Source: Candidatus Thorarchaeota archaeon
Lineage (GTDB): Archaea; Asgardarchaeota; Hermodarchaeia; Hermodarchaeales; Hermodarchaeaceae
Reading direction: 5' to 3'
DNA length: 35,616 bases
Assembly (NCBI GenBank): GCA_048882025.1
Contig: JBHLSA010000001.1
Span: forward strand, 15,520 to 51,135
Shown piece after piece: positions 9,434 to 18,390 of this stretch. Made by a program: the position numbers and the translations under genes. The number at the start of each line of letters is the position of its first letter. The first letter of the stretch is position 1. The notes under the pieces are model-generated. The model worked only from the letters and a program-made list of their open reading frames with translations, was not told the origin of the DNA and ran no database searches.

Positions 9434-10610
9434 TCTGAAGTTCTAGTTCATGTTCCAGAACTTCAGCCGGGATATCTGGAAGGCCGATCAGAGTAGTGTT
9501 TCCACGTTGCCCAGGTCCTGAAATTTTCGAGGAGAGAATTCCTAAACCAACAAGCTCTTGGATATATGACCAGACTTGGGTATGAGCACGGGGATTACGA
9601 CCATATTCCTCACACACAAGAGCATAACGCTCCTCTAGCGTGCCAGTGGTCACATAGGCGTCCTCTGAGGATTTCAGTAGCCTACAGGCTGCAAGCAGCA
9701 GTATTTTGGGGTGCAGCGACAAATCCAAGAGAACTTCGCGTCGTACCTCAGACGTTATAAAGGCTTTAGCACTTCGCACAAACTCAGGTGATACGCGAAG
9801 AACGCCTTTCTCATCAGCTACCTTACCTGCATTATACAAAAGTTCTAAGGCGTAGCGCGCATCTCCTGACGAGCCTGCAATATCAGCAATAAGATCCATT
9901 GTGCTTTCAGGCACAGCCCCATCCAGAAATGCCTCTTTTGCACGAAAATTCAGGATATCATGAAGCTGCTGAGAATCATACCGACTAAACTGTATCATGT
10001 TCTTCTGAAGTGTACTCCATGTACTTGGATCTAGAATATACCCAAAGAGTGGATTTCGGCTTATCCCAATTAACGATATTCGCTGTTGAGCATTGAGTTG
10101 ATCATCCACTGTGCGTGATAGCAGATACAGTAGCTCTTCTCCTCGTCGCCTAAGAAATACGCCGAGTTCATCTAGAGTAATTAACAAATACAAATTATGT
10201 GTCTCAATGAAGCTCTGAATAATTGAGAGAAGCTCTTGGGTTGAGAGCCCCCGGAGTGGGATACCAGATTGAAGTGCTGAAAGGATTTTATTTAGAATCA
10301 TGTATTCCGTTCGTTCACGTCGTGCATTAACATGCACGTAGACTAAGTTGAATCCATGGTTTTGAGCGACTTCAGTCAACAGCTTCCCAAAGAGTTTAGT
10401 TACAGAGGTCTTTCCCGAGCCTGTATTACCAATCACAAGAACCTTTTGTGACACACGACCAGGGGCTTCAACTACACCGCGAAACAGCTGGGTAAGTTTA
10501 CGTAGATGCGTTTCGCGATGAGGGAGATTGGGTGGAACATAATCGATTGAGAGCTTCGCTTCATCGATGAATACAGATGGACGTTGTAATTCATGCCGAA
10601 TGATCTCCAT
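9399..10610 (-). CDS. cdc6: Orc1/Cdc6 replication initiator paralog (copy 1)
   Basis: Contains YVPPNLPHRE, Walker A GNTGSGKTS, Walker B ITLDELGVF, SGDARYALELL and a C-terminal winged helix. The ATG at 10610 was preferred over the TTG at 10655. Confidence 0.85.
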   Translation of the reverse strand: MEIIRHELQRPSVFIDEAKLSIDYVPPNLPHRETHLRKLTQLFRGVVEAPGRVSQKVLVIGNTGSGKTSVTKLFGKLLTEVAQNHGFNLVYVHVNARRERTEYMILNKILSALQSGIPLRGLSTQELLSIIQSFIETHNLYLLITLDELGVFLRRRGEELLYLLSRTVDDQLNAQQRISLIGISRNPLFGYILDPSTWSTLQKNMIQFSRYDSQQLHDILNFRAKEAFLDGAVPESTMDLIADIAGSSGDARYALELLYNAGKVADEKGVLRVSPEFVRSAKAFITSEVRREVLLDLSLHPKILLLAACRLLKSSEDAYVTTGTLEERYALVCEEYGRNPRAHTQVWSYIQELVGLGILSSKISGPGQRGNTTLIGLPDIPAEVLEHELELQIDSKRWGRKYD

Positions 10611-10727
10611 CCTGTGTTCTCCATTCGCGATATCTGGAACATGTGGTGGGTGCAATAAAAAGACCAGACAGAGTTGAAGATAAGTGAAAAGAAGATTTTG
10701 AAGGGATTTTGATGGGTTTAGTAGCAG

Positions 10728-11279
10728 TTATGGTTCGTAGTCTGATTTTGTCTCTGATTCAGAGAAGACGCGGGTGTGGAGATATTCACTTAAAACCGTT
10801 AACGCATAGCTTGCTAGACGAGAATTATCACTTTGTTCAGATCTATGCCTTCGAAGCTGGGCAGCATTGAGAATCCGATTGAGCGTAGTAAACGTATCTC
10901 GCGAATCAGTCATGAATAGGGAAATTCGATCCTCATGAATCTCGATTTGTTCTTCCATGGACACCGGGCGCCGAGATCCTTCATTAATGAAGAGGAATAG
11001 GAACACCAAGAGCATGACGCCTGTCGCTAGATAGCGAATTTCAAGAGGAAACGCAGGAATTGGAAGCCCATTCAATTCTGCTAAAAGAATGATTAACTCT
11101 GAAGCCGAAAAGCCGATGGCAATAACAGCTAGCCAAATGAGTGTGAATATTACACGAATACGCCGTCGAGCATACACATCCCTTATGATGGTATCAAGAA
11201 ACAATATCTCTCCCACAAGAGGATAAAGGAGGAACAGTAGAGTACCACGCATTCCGGGGGCTGTCTTGGGTTGACCCAT
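10728..11279 (-). CDS. Hypothetical membrane protein
   Basis: 183 aa with about four hydrophobic helices and then a charged soluble tail. No recognisable motif. Confidence 0.4.
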   Translation of the reverse strand: MGQPKTAPGMRGTLLFLLYPLVGEILFLDTIIRDVYARRRIRVIFTLIWLAVIAIGFSASELIILLAELNGLPIPAFPLEIRYLATGVMLLVFLFLFINEGSRRPVSMEEQIEIHEDRISLFMTDSRDTFTTLNRILNAAQLRRHRSEQSDNSRLASYALTVLSEYLHTRVFSESETKSDYEP

Positions 11280-11387
11280 TTGTAAGTCCCTTTCTCATAT
11301 TTTTCCAAATAGAAGGGATACGATGGCAAAGAATATATAGCGTTCGTATGGTCTATTTGACGCTCACAATAATCCTTAGGTGAGAAA

Positions 11388-11828
11388 ATGTCGGATCTTT
11401 GGTGGCCACGATTCATTCGCAAACCGCGCTTGAGACTGCGCAGACCCCAATTAGGGGAAATCCGTATGCCTTCGAAGTGGATATTCTTTGGAATAGCACT
11501 CGTTGTCTACTATTTCATCGTCAGTGGAGGTATGTTTACTTTATCCTATCAGCCCCAACCTCTTATCCCCATGGGTGAAGGACAACCACCTTTAGCTCTT
11601 TATCCAGGCATCCATCGACAACTCCTGATAGAAGGAATTGTAGGAGGCGCCTTATACTTTGTTGGCTTTTTAGGATTCTTTCTGATGTATCAGAGTACAA
11701 GAAATATCTACAGACCACGATATTCCCAAATGCTACTCGCTGCAGGATTAGTGCTCATTCTTGTATCGTTTTTCGGTTGCCAATGGCTAATTAATGAGAA
11801 GTTCCGTTTGGCTAGTGAACTCGGCTAA
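11388..11828 (+). CDS. OSTC/DC2 (Ost3/Ost6-family) oligosaccharyltransferase-subunit homolog
   Basis: 146 aa with three TM helices. By eye it is collinear with human OSTC recalled from memory: YYFIVSGGMF vs SYFLITGGIIY, LLIEGIVGGALYFVGFLGFFLM vs [22 protein letters not shown], and LILVSFFGCQW vs CVLLSFFMARV. Confidence 0.6.
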   Translation: MSDLWWPRFIRKPRLRLRRPQLGEIRMPSKWIFFGIALVVYYFIVSGGMFTLSYQPQPLIPMGEGQPPLALYPGIHRQLLIEGIVGGALYFVGFLGFFLMYQSTRNIYRPRYSQMLLAAGLVLILVSFFGCQWLINEKFRLASELG

Positions 11829-11838
11829 TCTAAAGGCA

Positions 11839-12402
11839 TTACCATGGTTCCCGCTTTAGCCGTAAGACGTAGCCAATTATATTCGCTAATAGATGAATGA
11901 TTGGAGTGACGATAATTAAGAATAGCATGAGGATCAACGGCAAAGGAATCACCAACGCACCGAAGATTATCGCCATAATTAGGAAATCCAATTGATCAAG
12001 AAAGGGAGCGGGACGTCCTCTAGCAATGTTCAATCTTCGTTTAATAAACGATCCAATCAAATCACCTACTAATGCACCTAACGATACTAAGATTACTAGT
12101 GGAACAGATAGAAACACAATAGGTATCAATTCTGGTGGTAAGATTAAGTATTGAATTATGAGTGAATGTAAGAATGGTGCAACCAACCATAGCAATATCC
12201 CAAAAAGCGACCCAGAAACCAAACCGATAAGGAATCCTTCCCAAGTTTTTCCTGGTCCGAAGAGTGGCCGACCATCTCGGAGTGTACGTTCACCATCAAT
12301 GGAGTGGCGGAATTTTATAAATTTAGCAAATACTGCAAATCCATTAGCAAAGTATGCAGGAAAAATATACCAAAAGCCTAAGAGAAGAAAAATTGGATGA
12401 AT
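11839..12402 (-). CDS. carS: CDP-archaeol synthase (DUF46 family). The N-terminus extends upstream of the first canonical start codon.
   Basis: Contains GDLIGSFIKRR..G...PFLDQLDF and the C-terminal LKREPW. Upstream, in frame, it encodes FPAYFANG and DGRPLFGPGKTWEGF. There is no ATG, GTG or TTG between the radB stop (12424-12426) and the TTG at 12222. The proposed start is the ATT at 12402, 9 nt after AAGGAG. Confidence 0.7.
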   Translation of the reverse strand: MHPIFLLLGFWYIFPAYFANGFAVFAKFIKFRHSIDGERTLRDGRPLFGPGKTWEGFLIGLVSGSLFGILLWLVAPFLHSLIIQYLILPPELIPIVFLSVPLVILVSLGALVGDLIGSFIKRRLNIARGRPAPFLDQLDFLIMAIIFGALVIPLPLILMLFLIIVTPIIHLLANIIGYVLRLKREPW

Positions 12403-12423
12403 ATTGATACACTCCTTGCTTAA

Positions 12424-13104
12424 TTATCGAAACCCAGTTGAATGTAATTCTACCACGAATGTCGAAGGTTCAGATTCTTCCCCCTTAAATAACTTAAATT
12501 CTCTGTAACCTTTAGATTCAGCCTTCGTAATTTGAACTGAATATGTGCTCCAGTAAGACACTACTGATGAGGCCACAGGTTGGAAAAAATCGTCTCCTTC
12601 AACATCCCCCCGTACTTGATTAACGACTATTATTGAAAATGGAAAAGATCTTGATAGGCTAGCAAGAATACCGAATTGCTGGTTCAACTTACGATTTAAA
12701 ATTAAAATTTCTGAATTTAGTCCATACTCTGTTCTATAAAGTGACACTATTGTGTCGAATACTATGAGCCTTACATCAGTTGAAATAATTGATTCAAGCC
12801 GCGAGACTAATTCAGATTGCTCTTTAAAACTCGTTGGCGACACAACAGAAATTAAAGGAGATACTTCATCAAAATCGGATTCAGCCATTTGCCGAAGACG
12901 AATAATTGGAAATTGTCCCTCTAAATTAACATACAAGATTCTATGACCAGTTCGAGCTGCATTAATACAAAATTGTAAAGCAAGCGTAGTTTTTCCAACT
13001 CCTCCGGGACCATAGATTTGAAGAATGTCTGATACACCAAGCCCACCATCAAGTTCAACATCCAGAACTGATAAGCCAGAACTAACCTTTTCCTTCAAGG
13101 ACAT
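12424..13104 (-). CDS. radB: RadB-like RecA-superfamily recombinase paralog
   Basis: About 226 aa. Contains LD..L.GG, Walker A GPGGVGKTT and Walker B LIVFDTI, with no N-terminal HhH domain. The ATG at 13104 was preferred, because the longer ORF reads through an intergenic box array. Confidence 0.65.
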   Translation of the reverse strand: MSLKEKVSSGLSVLDVELDGGLGVSDILQIYGPGGVGKTTLALQFCINAARTGHRILYVNLEGQFPIIRLRQMAESDFDEVSPLISVVSPTSFKEQSELVSRLESIISTDVRLIVFDTIVSLYRTEYGLNSEILILNRKLNQQFGILASLSRSFPFSIIVVNQVRGDVEGDDFFQPVASSVVSYWSTYSVQITKAESKGYREFKLFKGEESEPSTFVVELHSTGFR

Positions 13105-13120
13105 TAATTCACACCATGAT

Positions 13121-13147
13121 TTCAATGAATTCAATGAGTTTATTAAT
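13121..13147. promoter_or_regulatory. Tandem 9-bp TTCAWTGAA box array (TTCAATGAA TTCAATGAG TTTATTAAT)
   Basis: Read directly from the sequence. It lies between the XPD stop (13168) and the radB ATG (13104). Confidence 0.6.
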
Positions 13148-13167
13148 AATAATGAATTTTTGAGCAT

Positions 13168-15087
13168 TTATTTTGGTTCATAGAATGATTTCAACTGCTT
13201 ATAGAGAATACCATCTGAATCATCAGCTCGTTTTAAGTTTTCGAGAATCCAACGAGGTAGCAAACGACTACAATACGGAGTTGCATAACGATTGTCTAAA
13301 AAGACAAGGGCACCGCGATCTTCTAGTCTTCGAATCGGTCGACCAGCCGCTTGAGCAGCAGTTCTCATTGCTGGTAATTGATAACCATAAAGTCGCCCCT
13401 TCTGATGATACTGGAGATCAAAATATTCAATTCTTGCTTTTTCTCTTGGGCTGGGTATCGCATAGGGCACCCCCACAACAACTACTGTCTCCATCTCATG
13501 ACCTGGATAATCCTCTCCTTCACAATTTCTTCCTCCTAAAACACCTAACAATGCGGCTCCTTCATCGGCTTTGTTTTTGAAAGCTTTAATTAGTCGATCA
13601 TTGTCACTTGATTTTAGGCCCTGTTTTTCGATGAAGAGTTCACGGTCTATCCGTGAATCTAACCCTGTTTGAAGAAGTGATTTGAGAACTCGATATGATG
13701 GGACAAAAATTCCAATATTATGAGGAGTGGCCTGAACTGCTTCTAGGATGCGTTTAGTAATCTTCTCATACATGTGTGGTGTTCTTTGTCTCATTGCTGT
13801 TGTTACACCGAGACTTATCACTGGAAATATTTGAGTGGGGCTAAATGGTGATGGGAGGGTGAGCGTTTGTGTGTCTTCAGGTAAACCAACCAGTTCTATA
13901 TGAGCGTTAAGAGGTTGTAATGTTCCAGATAAATGAACAGAAGCATGACTAGAATTTAGAATTGAAGCTGACGCATACCTTGGATCTAATGCGATAACTT
14001 CCAGTTGAATAGAAGATTGGTTAATACCATTTCTAATTAAGAAATACGCGGCATCTTGTCTTTCAAGAAAATGACACCATTGAACGAAAAACCTAGCAAC
14101 GTAATGGATATAGCTTATAGGAGGTCTTCCTTCGGCCAAGAGCTTGTAAAGAATTTTATCTCCTTCTTTCAAAAGTTTACTTGTAAATGATTTACACTCA
14201 TTCGTCTTTTTTAACTTGGATATTCGTTGCCCGAATTCTATAGGATCAAATCTAACTTCCTGTTCGGTACTTTCTTTGAGTAGTAATTCAATAGCTTTTT
14301 CGAGCTCGATGCAAAATATTGCTATGGAGCGTAAACCAAACTTCTTTGCTTCTTTTGCGGCTTGCTGGATGGAGGTTAGATTCAGTCTTGCTGAGGCTAG
14401 TTCAACAGCAATTCGTGGTAAATTATGCGCCTCATCAATCAATAGAATGGTCTTTGCCAAAGGTCGATTGAATGCATCAAAGAAGATTGAATTGATATAT
14501 GGATCAAAAACCTGATTATAAGAAGTTGCGACCACGGTAACTAGCGGTAATAACTGTCTTGTCAGCTCATATGGACATACCCGTTCGGTTTTACATTTTT
14601 GCCGAAGCTCTAATCCTGTTAAAGGGTTAAGATAGAAGCGTTTACAATAATCTGGATTCCTTTTCATTTTCTTTAATAAATTAGTGTAGAATTCACACCT
14701 TTCAGTCTGCTTTAGCTGGTTACAAATGAAACTTGCTAATCGAGCACTTGCTGCATATTTTTGAATTATCGGATTTAAGCAAGAGGACGCTCTTCCACGT
14801 TGAACAACCCCGCTAAACCTTGTAGGTTCTGACACACGACGAAGTTCTTGCATTACTCGGTCAAGTTGTTTATGGGTCCGTGCTATGTAGATAATTCCGA
14901 ATTTTTCTTTCTCGAGGAGTGGGAGAACTCCTGATAATGCAGCAATGGTCTTACCAAATCCGTTTGCCGCTTCTACACAGAGATGCTTACCCACTGCTAC
15001 ATCCTCTTGGATGGCTCTTATTAGCCTTAGTTGACCTGGTCGGGGTGATGTGTAAGGAAAATATCGATTTGGTAAATTAGAAGTCAT
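13168..15087 (-). CDS. xpd: XPD/Rad3-family Fe-S DNA helicase
   Basis: Contains Walker A EAANGFGKT, DEAH box IDEAHNL, and four Cys of the FeS domain (SSCLN, CNQL, CEFY, CPYE). The C-terminal helicase motifs are QAAGRPIR and LDNRY. Confidence 0.85.
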   Translation of the reverse strand: MTSNLPNRYFPYTSPRPGQLRLIRAIQEDVAVGKHLCVEAANGFGKTIAALSGVLPLLEKEKFGIIYIARTHKQLDRVMQELRRVSEPTRFSGVVQRGRASSCLNPIIQKYAASARLASFICNQLKQTERCEFYTNLLKKMKRNPDYCKRFYLNPLTGLELRQKCKTERVCPYELTRQLLPLVTVVATSYNQVFDPYINSIFFDAFNRPLAKTILLIDEAHNLPRIAVELASARLNLTSIQQAAKEAKKFGLRSIAIFCIELEKAIELLLKESTEQEVRFDPIEFGQRISKLKKTNECKSFTSKLLKEGDKILYKLLAEGRPPISYIHYVARFFVQWCHFLERQDAAYFLIRNGINQSSIQLEVIALDPRYASASILNSSHASVHLSGTLQPLNAHIELVGLPEDTQTLTLPSPFSPTQIFPVISLGVTTAMRQRTPHMYEKITKRILEAVQATPHNIGIFVPSYRVLKSLLQTGLDSRIDRELFIEKQGLKSSDNDRLIKAFKNKADEGAALLGVLGGRNCEGEDYPGHEMETVVVVGVPYAIPSPREKARIEYFDLQYHQKGRLYGYQLPAMRTAAQAAGRPIRRLEDRGALVFLDNRYATPYCSRLLPRWILENLKRADDSDGILYKQLKSFYEPK

Positions 15088-15164
15088 CGACCAGGTCCTC
15101 AGAATTTGAATGCATTCTACAGATAAAACCTCATTTACTATTCAACTTGTTTGGCTTTTGATAT

Positions 15165-15182
15165 TTCATTGAATTCAATGAA
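15165..15182. promoter_or_regulatory. Perfect 18-nt palindrome TTCATTGAATTCAATGAA (two TTCAWTGAA boxes)
   Basis: Read directly from the sequence. It lies in the divergent intergenic region between XPD (start 15087) and the 15296 ORF. Confidence 0.65.
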
Positions 15183-15295
15183 GTCAATATTTATGTTGAC
15201 AATTTAATTGCTTACCAGTTATTGATGGTGTCGATGGTTTTATTTATGAAAACCAACTATTACGTATACAAAACTGTATCCATGGAGATATGTGA

Positions 15296-15805
15296 TTGAC
15301 TGAAGAAATGAAAGTTGAGGAGACGCGTTCTTGGGCACTTAGAATGCTACAAGACCCAATTACTCAACTTCTCGCGGAGAATAGTCATTTAACAAGAGTT
15401 CAGCTTGAAACCCTCTTGATAGATTATCTTATCGATGGTTTTGGTGTAGAACGTACCGATTATGAAACTAAAGCAACTCTACGAGACTTGAAATCTAGTA
15501 AGAAGCGACAAGGTGTAAGTAGAGGATCATTTAACCGATCACTAGCACAGGCACGTAAAAACGTAACAAGGTCTATTTTCACTCTAGTACTCTTAGGTTA
15601 TCTGGGCCTTTTTGATACACCCTCCCTATTACGCTATCAGGACCTTGCTGAAAATATTCGAACCTATGCACGGGAATATGACCAAGTGGCCACAGACAGC
15701 GGAAAACCCACGCCAACTCATCTTCAAACCTTGAAACAAACCAGGGACCGAATTCTTCAGCTTATTGAGGCGCTTGCACAGCCTCTCGCTTTAAAACCTG
15801 AATGA
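15296..15805 (+). CDS. Hypothetical protein with a putative HTH (sigma-region-4/Tfx-like segment)
   Basis: GVSRGSFNRSLAQARKNVTRSI resembles a region-4-type HTH. The start is either the TTG at 15296, 8 nt after GGAG, or the ATG at 15308. Confidence 0.45.
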   Translation: MTEEMKVEETRSWALRMLQDPITQLLAENSHLTRVQLETLLIDYLIDGFGVERTDYETKATLRDLKSSKKRQGVSRGSFNRSLAQARKNVTRSIFTLVLLGYLGLFDTPSLLRYQDLAENIRTYAREYDQVATDSGKPTPTHLQTLKQTRDRILQLIEALAQPLALKPE

Positions 15806-15825
15806 TTTCAATGAATTCATTGAAA
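15806..15825. promoter_or_regulatory. Perfect 20-nt palindrome TTTCAATGAATTCATTGAAA (two TTCAWTGAA boxes)
   Basis: Read directly from the sequence. It starts 1 nt after the stop of the 15296..15805 ORF, in a convergent 3'-3' gap. Confidence 0.65.
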
Positions 15826-15850
15826 ATAATCTGATGTATTATACTAGGCC

Positions 15851-16420
15851 CTAAAGCAACAACTTAGCCAATTGTTCGCCGCCCTGAGTGCAATCTAATC
15901 CCGCATCTGTCTCTATTACATAACCACATTCTAAGAGATATTTTTTCGCACGCCTGAAATATTCGAAATCAAAACCTCTTTCAAGAAGCTTCGTTTCTTG
16001 GACATTTGATCCCATTTCCATTAGAGTAATTAGAAGCGATAGATACCCGAATTTTGTAATACGATTATTAACTATCAGGGATACTTCTTCTCCTGGTGAG
16101 AGAGATGCAGGTAACCATGCAATGAATGAAAAGAAAACTATCTCATCAAATGATTCAATCAATTGTAGAATCTTTTGTTCTGTACCTGGTTGAACACCTA
16201 ATACACTCTTTCCTAGTTTAACATGTGGTATTTGATCTAAAACTCCGGAGTAGTGATAAGTACGCCTTACCACCTCTCCACTTTTTAGCCTTTGAGTAAT
16301 CTGTTGAGTGTATCCATATAATTCACGAAAGAATTTTGTTTTTCTCGCCTGGCTAGATCCTTTAGGCTGTTGGAAATCAAAAGAAATGACTGAGACCCTG
16401 TTCAATTGTGTTGAAGCCAA
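15851..16420 (-). CDS. Hypothetical protein with an N-terminal ferredoxin-like (Cas2/VapD-like?) region and a C-terminal winged-helix-like region
   Basis: 189 aa. The TTG start lies 8 nt after GGAGG. The N-terminal pattern is VISFDF...KFFRELYGY...Y.YSGVL..KLGKSVLGV. The fold assignment is a guess. Confidence 0.45.
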   Translation of the reverse strand: MASTQLNRVSVISFDFQQPKGSSQARKTKFFRELYGYTQQITQRLKSGEVVRRTYHYSGVLDQIPHVKLGKSVLGVQPGTEQKILQLIESFDEIVFFSFIAWLPASLSPGEEVSLIVNNRITKFGYLSLLITLMEMGSNVQETKLLERGFDFEYFRRAKKYLLECGYVIETDAGLDCTQGGEQLAKLLL

Positions 16421-16503
16421 ATGTTAGACCTCCGGAATTTGGAACTAATATTAGCTTAGAAAAAAGTGTACCCCTGAAAGCTAATTTGAACGAGTTCAGT
16501 CTA

Positions 16504-16539
16504 TTCATTATATTCAATAATTTCATTAATTTTATTGAT
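16504..16539. promoter_or_regulatory. Four degenerate tandem 9-bp boxes (TTCATTATA TTCAATAAT TTCATTAAT TTTATTGAT)
   Basis: Read directly from the sequence. It lies upstream of the 15851..16420 ORF and downstream of the RHH gene. Confidence 0.5.
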
Positions 16540-16588
16540 ATTCTTTGGCATCGAATGAAAAATTGTGAATAGATGGTTAGTTTTCTAC

Positions 16589-16951
16589 TTATCGTTGAAG
16601 TTTCTTGAAGACATCAGGGAAGTCTTTCTTCAGCTTTTCCTCAAGTGCTTCGGCAATGAATCGTGATTTACCACCAAAGCCACCGTATTGTCCTTGACCA
16701 GATTTTGTTGCAGCAACGGCTACAAAATCTAATGCGGCTTTAAGCCAAGCCGGTACGCTAGCACTAATTGTACGGCGACCTTCGTATTCGCTTTCTATGC
16801 GTAGTCTTTTCAGTCCAGAATCTCCAACTCTAGTCGACAACTCGTCTAACTCTATTTCAGTGGTTTCAGATGGTGGTTTTTTCTCTCGGATTTTGGATTT
16901 CTCTTCCTTTTCTTTTTTCATTCGTTCCCTTATCAAATCAGTAGCTGACAT
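16589..16951 (-). CDS. Ribbon-helix-helix (CopG/Arc/MetJ-like) DNA-binding protein
   Basis: The RRTISASVPAWLKAALDF beta-strand and helix, followed by KSRFIAEALEEKL, fit an RHH fold. The N-terminal tail is Lys/Glu-rich. Confidence 0.55.
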   Translation of the reverse strand: MSATDLIRERMKKEKEEKSKIREKKPPSETTEIELDELSTRVGDSGLKRLRIESEYEGRRTISASVPAWLKAALDFVAVAATKSGQGQYGGFGGKSRFIAEALEEKLKKDFPDVFKKLQR

Positions 16952-16964
16952 ACTTCAAATCACC

Positions 16965-18347
16965 TTAGACAAACGTTGAGCCCTTTGTCCATAATTCTGT
17001 GGCCTGAATACGCCCTGCTTCGGGACTATGTATCAGACCCTGCTTTTCAAATAAGTCAAAATCTTCCAACACGCTTTCCCATGACCGGTTATTGGTTAGA
17101 AGCCAAGACTCGATTTCGTCAAGTGAGCGAGGATCGGAAAGAAATTGTAATAGTTGAGTTTGAAAAGATGTAAATTCAGCTCTTGCTTTTGTAACCTCTT
17201 TCTTAACAAACTGCTGCACATATTCTGAATCAACATGATAAACAGAGAAGACCTGTTCGAGGTTATAACCATCATTCACTAACACTTCAGCGCCTCGAAT
17301 TGCATCTTGAAGGCAACGAAGCAAAAGTTCTAACATAATTCCAGGATTTCCTCCTGAATAATTATAAATCGCTTCAAGTGCCTCAGGAGTAAAAGGATGT
17401 AATATCTCCTTAACCTCTTTAGATGTAAGATCAGGTGGTTCTTCTGAATCTAGAGAAAGTTTTTCCATAGCACTCTTGAGATAAGCGATTCGCCAAAGCA
17501 AGACCTTCATCGCACTATTCTTTTTCATCCGACGCATATCATAAATCTCGACAAAGCGTCTTCGAATTGCGGATTTAGTCCCATGGCCAAGTGTTTCGCC
17601 AACAGAAGATAGAAGCTCCAAGGTTTTAATAGCACTTTCTCCTACACGTGTAATTACAGCTAGAGCCAAAACGAGATACCGACGACCATCTCTTGTCTTA
17701 TCATTTACCATGCGTAAGAGTGTGTCAACAATTCGTACACGATTATCAGGTCTTTGTCTTTCTAATTGCCTAAACTCATCAATTAGCAAAACATATGATG
17801 TTTCGTTCTCCTCAGCGTCAGTTCTTAGAGCTAATAATAGACGTGATAGCCGTTTAGCAATTGAACCACTTCGAACAACTCTAACTCCTACCCTGTCAAT
17901 CAAGAAATCACGAACCGTCTGATCACCTAGATTTGCATGAACCAGATCATCGATGAGTGCATCTGCCGAGCTTATACCTTCAAGTCGAATGGCGCGTATT
18001 TTAGGAAGGCGATTTAAGGATTGTTGAATCATTTCTAAGAAAGTGGTTTTCCCCGCACCCAATGGTCCTGAAACAACCACACTTGCAGTTTGATTACGAA
18101 GGTAATTGACAGCCCGTTTGATGGCTAGTGATTCTTCATGAGGAACCACATACAAATCAGCAGAGTCAATGCCAAAGAGCTCAATCCGCTCATTCTTAAA
18201 GCCCCATTTTGCTAGCATTTGTTGATCAAACTTGTGCGTACGTTCGACTAATCGATCTAGTTCACTCAGACTCAACACACCCGGATTTATTGCAGATGAC
18301 TTTTCTATGATATAAGGATTATTAATTGTAATGGAGATATAAAACAT
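16965..18347 (-). CDS. Divergent AAA+ ATPase with a C-terminal winged-helix-like domain (Orc1/Cdc6-like architecture)
   Basis: Contains Walker A SGPLGAGKTT, Walker B VLLIDEFRQLE, a GGNPGIMLELL sensor-2-like segment, and a C-terminal LLQFLSDPRSLDEIESWL...GLI. The ATG at 18347 was preferred, because the longer ORF reads through a box array. Confidence 0.6.
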   Translation of the reverse strand: MFYISITINNPYIIEKSSAINPGVLSLSELDRLVERTHKFDQQMLAKWGFKNERIELFGIDSADLYVVPHEESLAIKRAVNYLRNQTASVVVSGPLGAGKTTFLEMIQQSLNRLPKIRAIRLEGISSADALIDDLVHANLGDQTVRDFLIDRVGVRVVRSGSIAKRLSRLLLALRTDAEENETSYVLLIDEFRQLERQRPDNRVRIVDTLLRMVNDKTRDGRRYLVLALAVITRVGESAIKTLELLSSVGETLGHGTKSAIRRRFVEIYDMRRMKKNSAMKVLLWRIAYLKSAMEKLSLDSEEPPDLTSKEVKEILHPFTPEALEAIYNYSGGNPGIMLELLLRCLQDAIRGAEVLVNDGYNLEQVFSVYHVDSEYVQQFVKKEVTKARAEFTSFQTQLLQFLSDPRSLDEIESWLLTNNRSWESVLEDFDLFEKQGLIHSPEAGRIQATELWTKGSTFV

Positions 18348-18353
18348 ACCAAT

Positions 18354-18380
18354 TCTATTGAATTCAATGAATTTATTGAG
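18354..18380. promoter_or_regulatory. Tandem 9-bp boxes (TCTATTGAA TTCAATGAA TTTATTGAG)
   Basis: Read directly from the sequence. It fills most of the 43-nt gap between the HTH-CBS stop (18391) and the ATPase ATG (18347). Confidence 0.6.
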
Positions 18381-18390
18381 TTTAGTGTTG

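Noticed and set aside
12158-12400. An 80-aa plus-strand ORF, and the 12062..12244 minus-strand ORF
   Set aside because: Both overlap the carS reading frame. The true carS N-terminus, which has conserved motifs, is encoded on the minus strand here.
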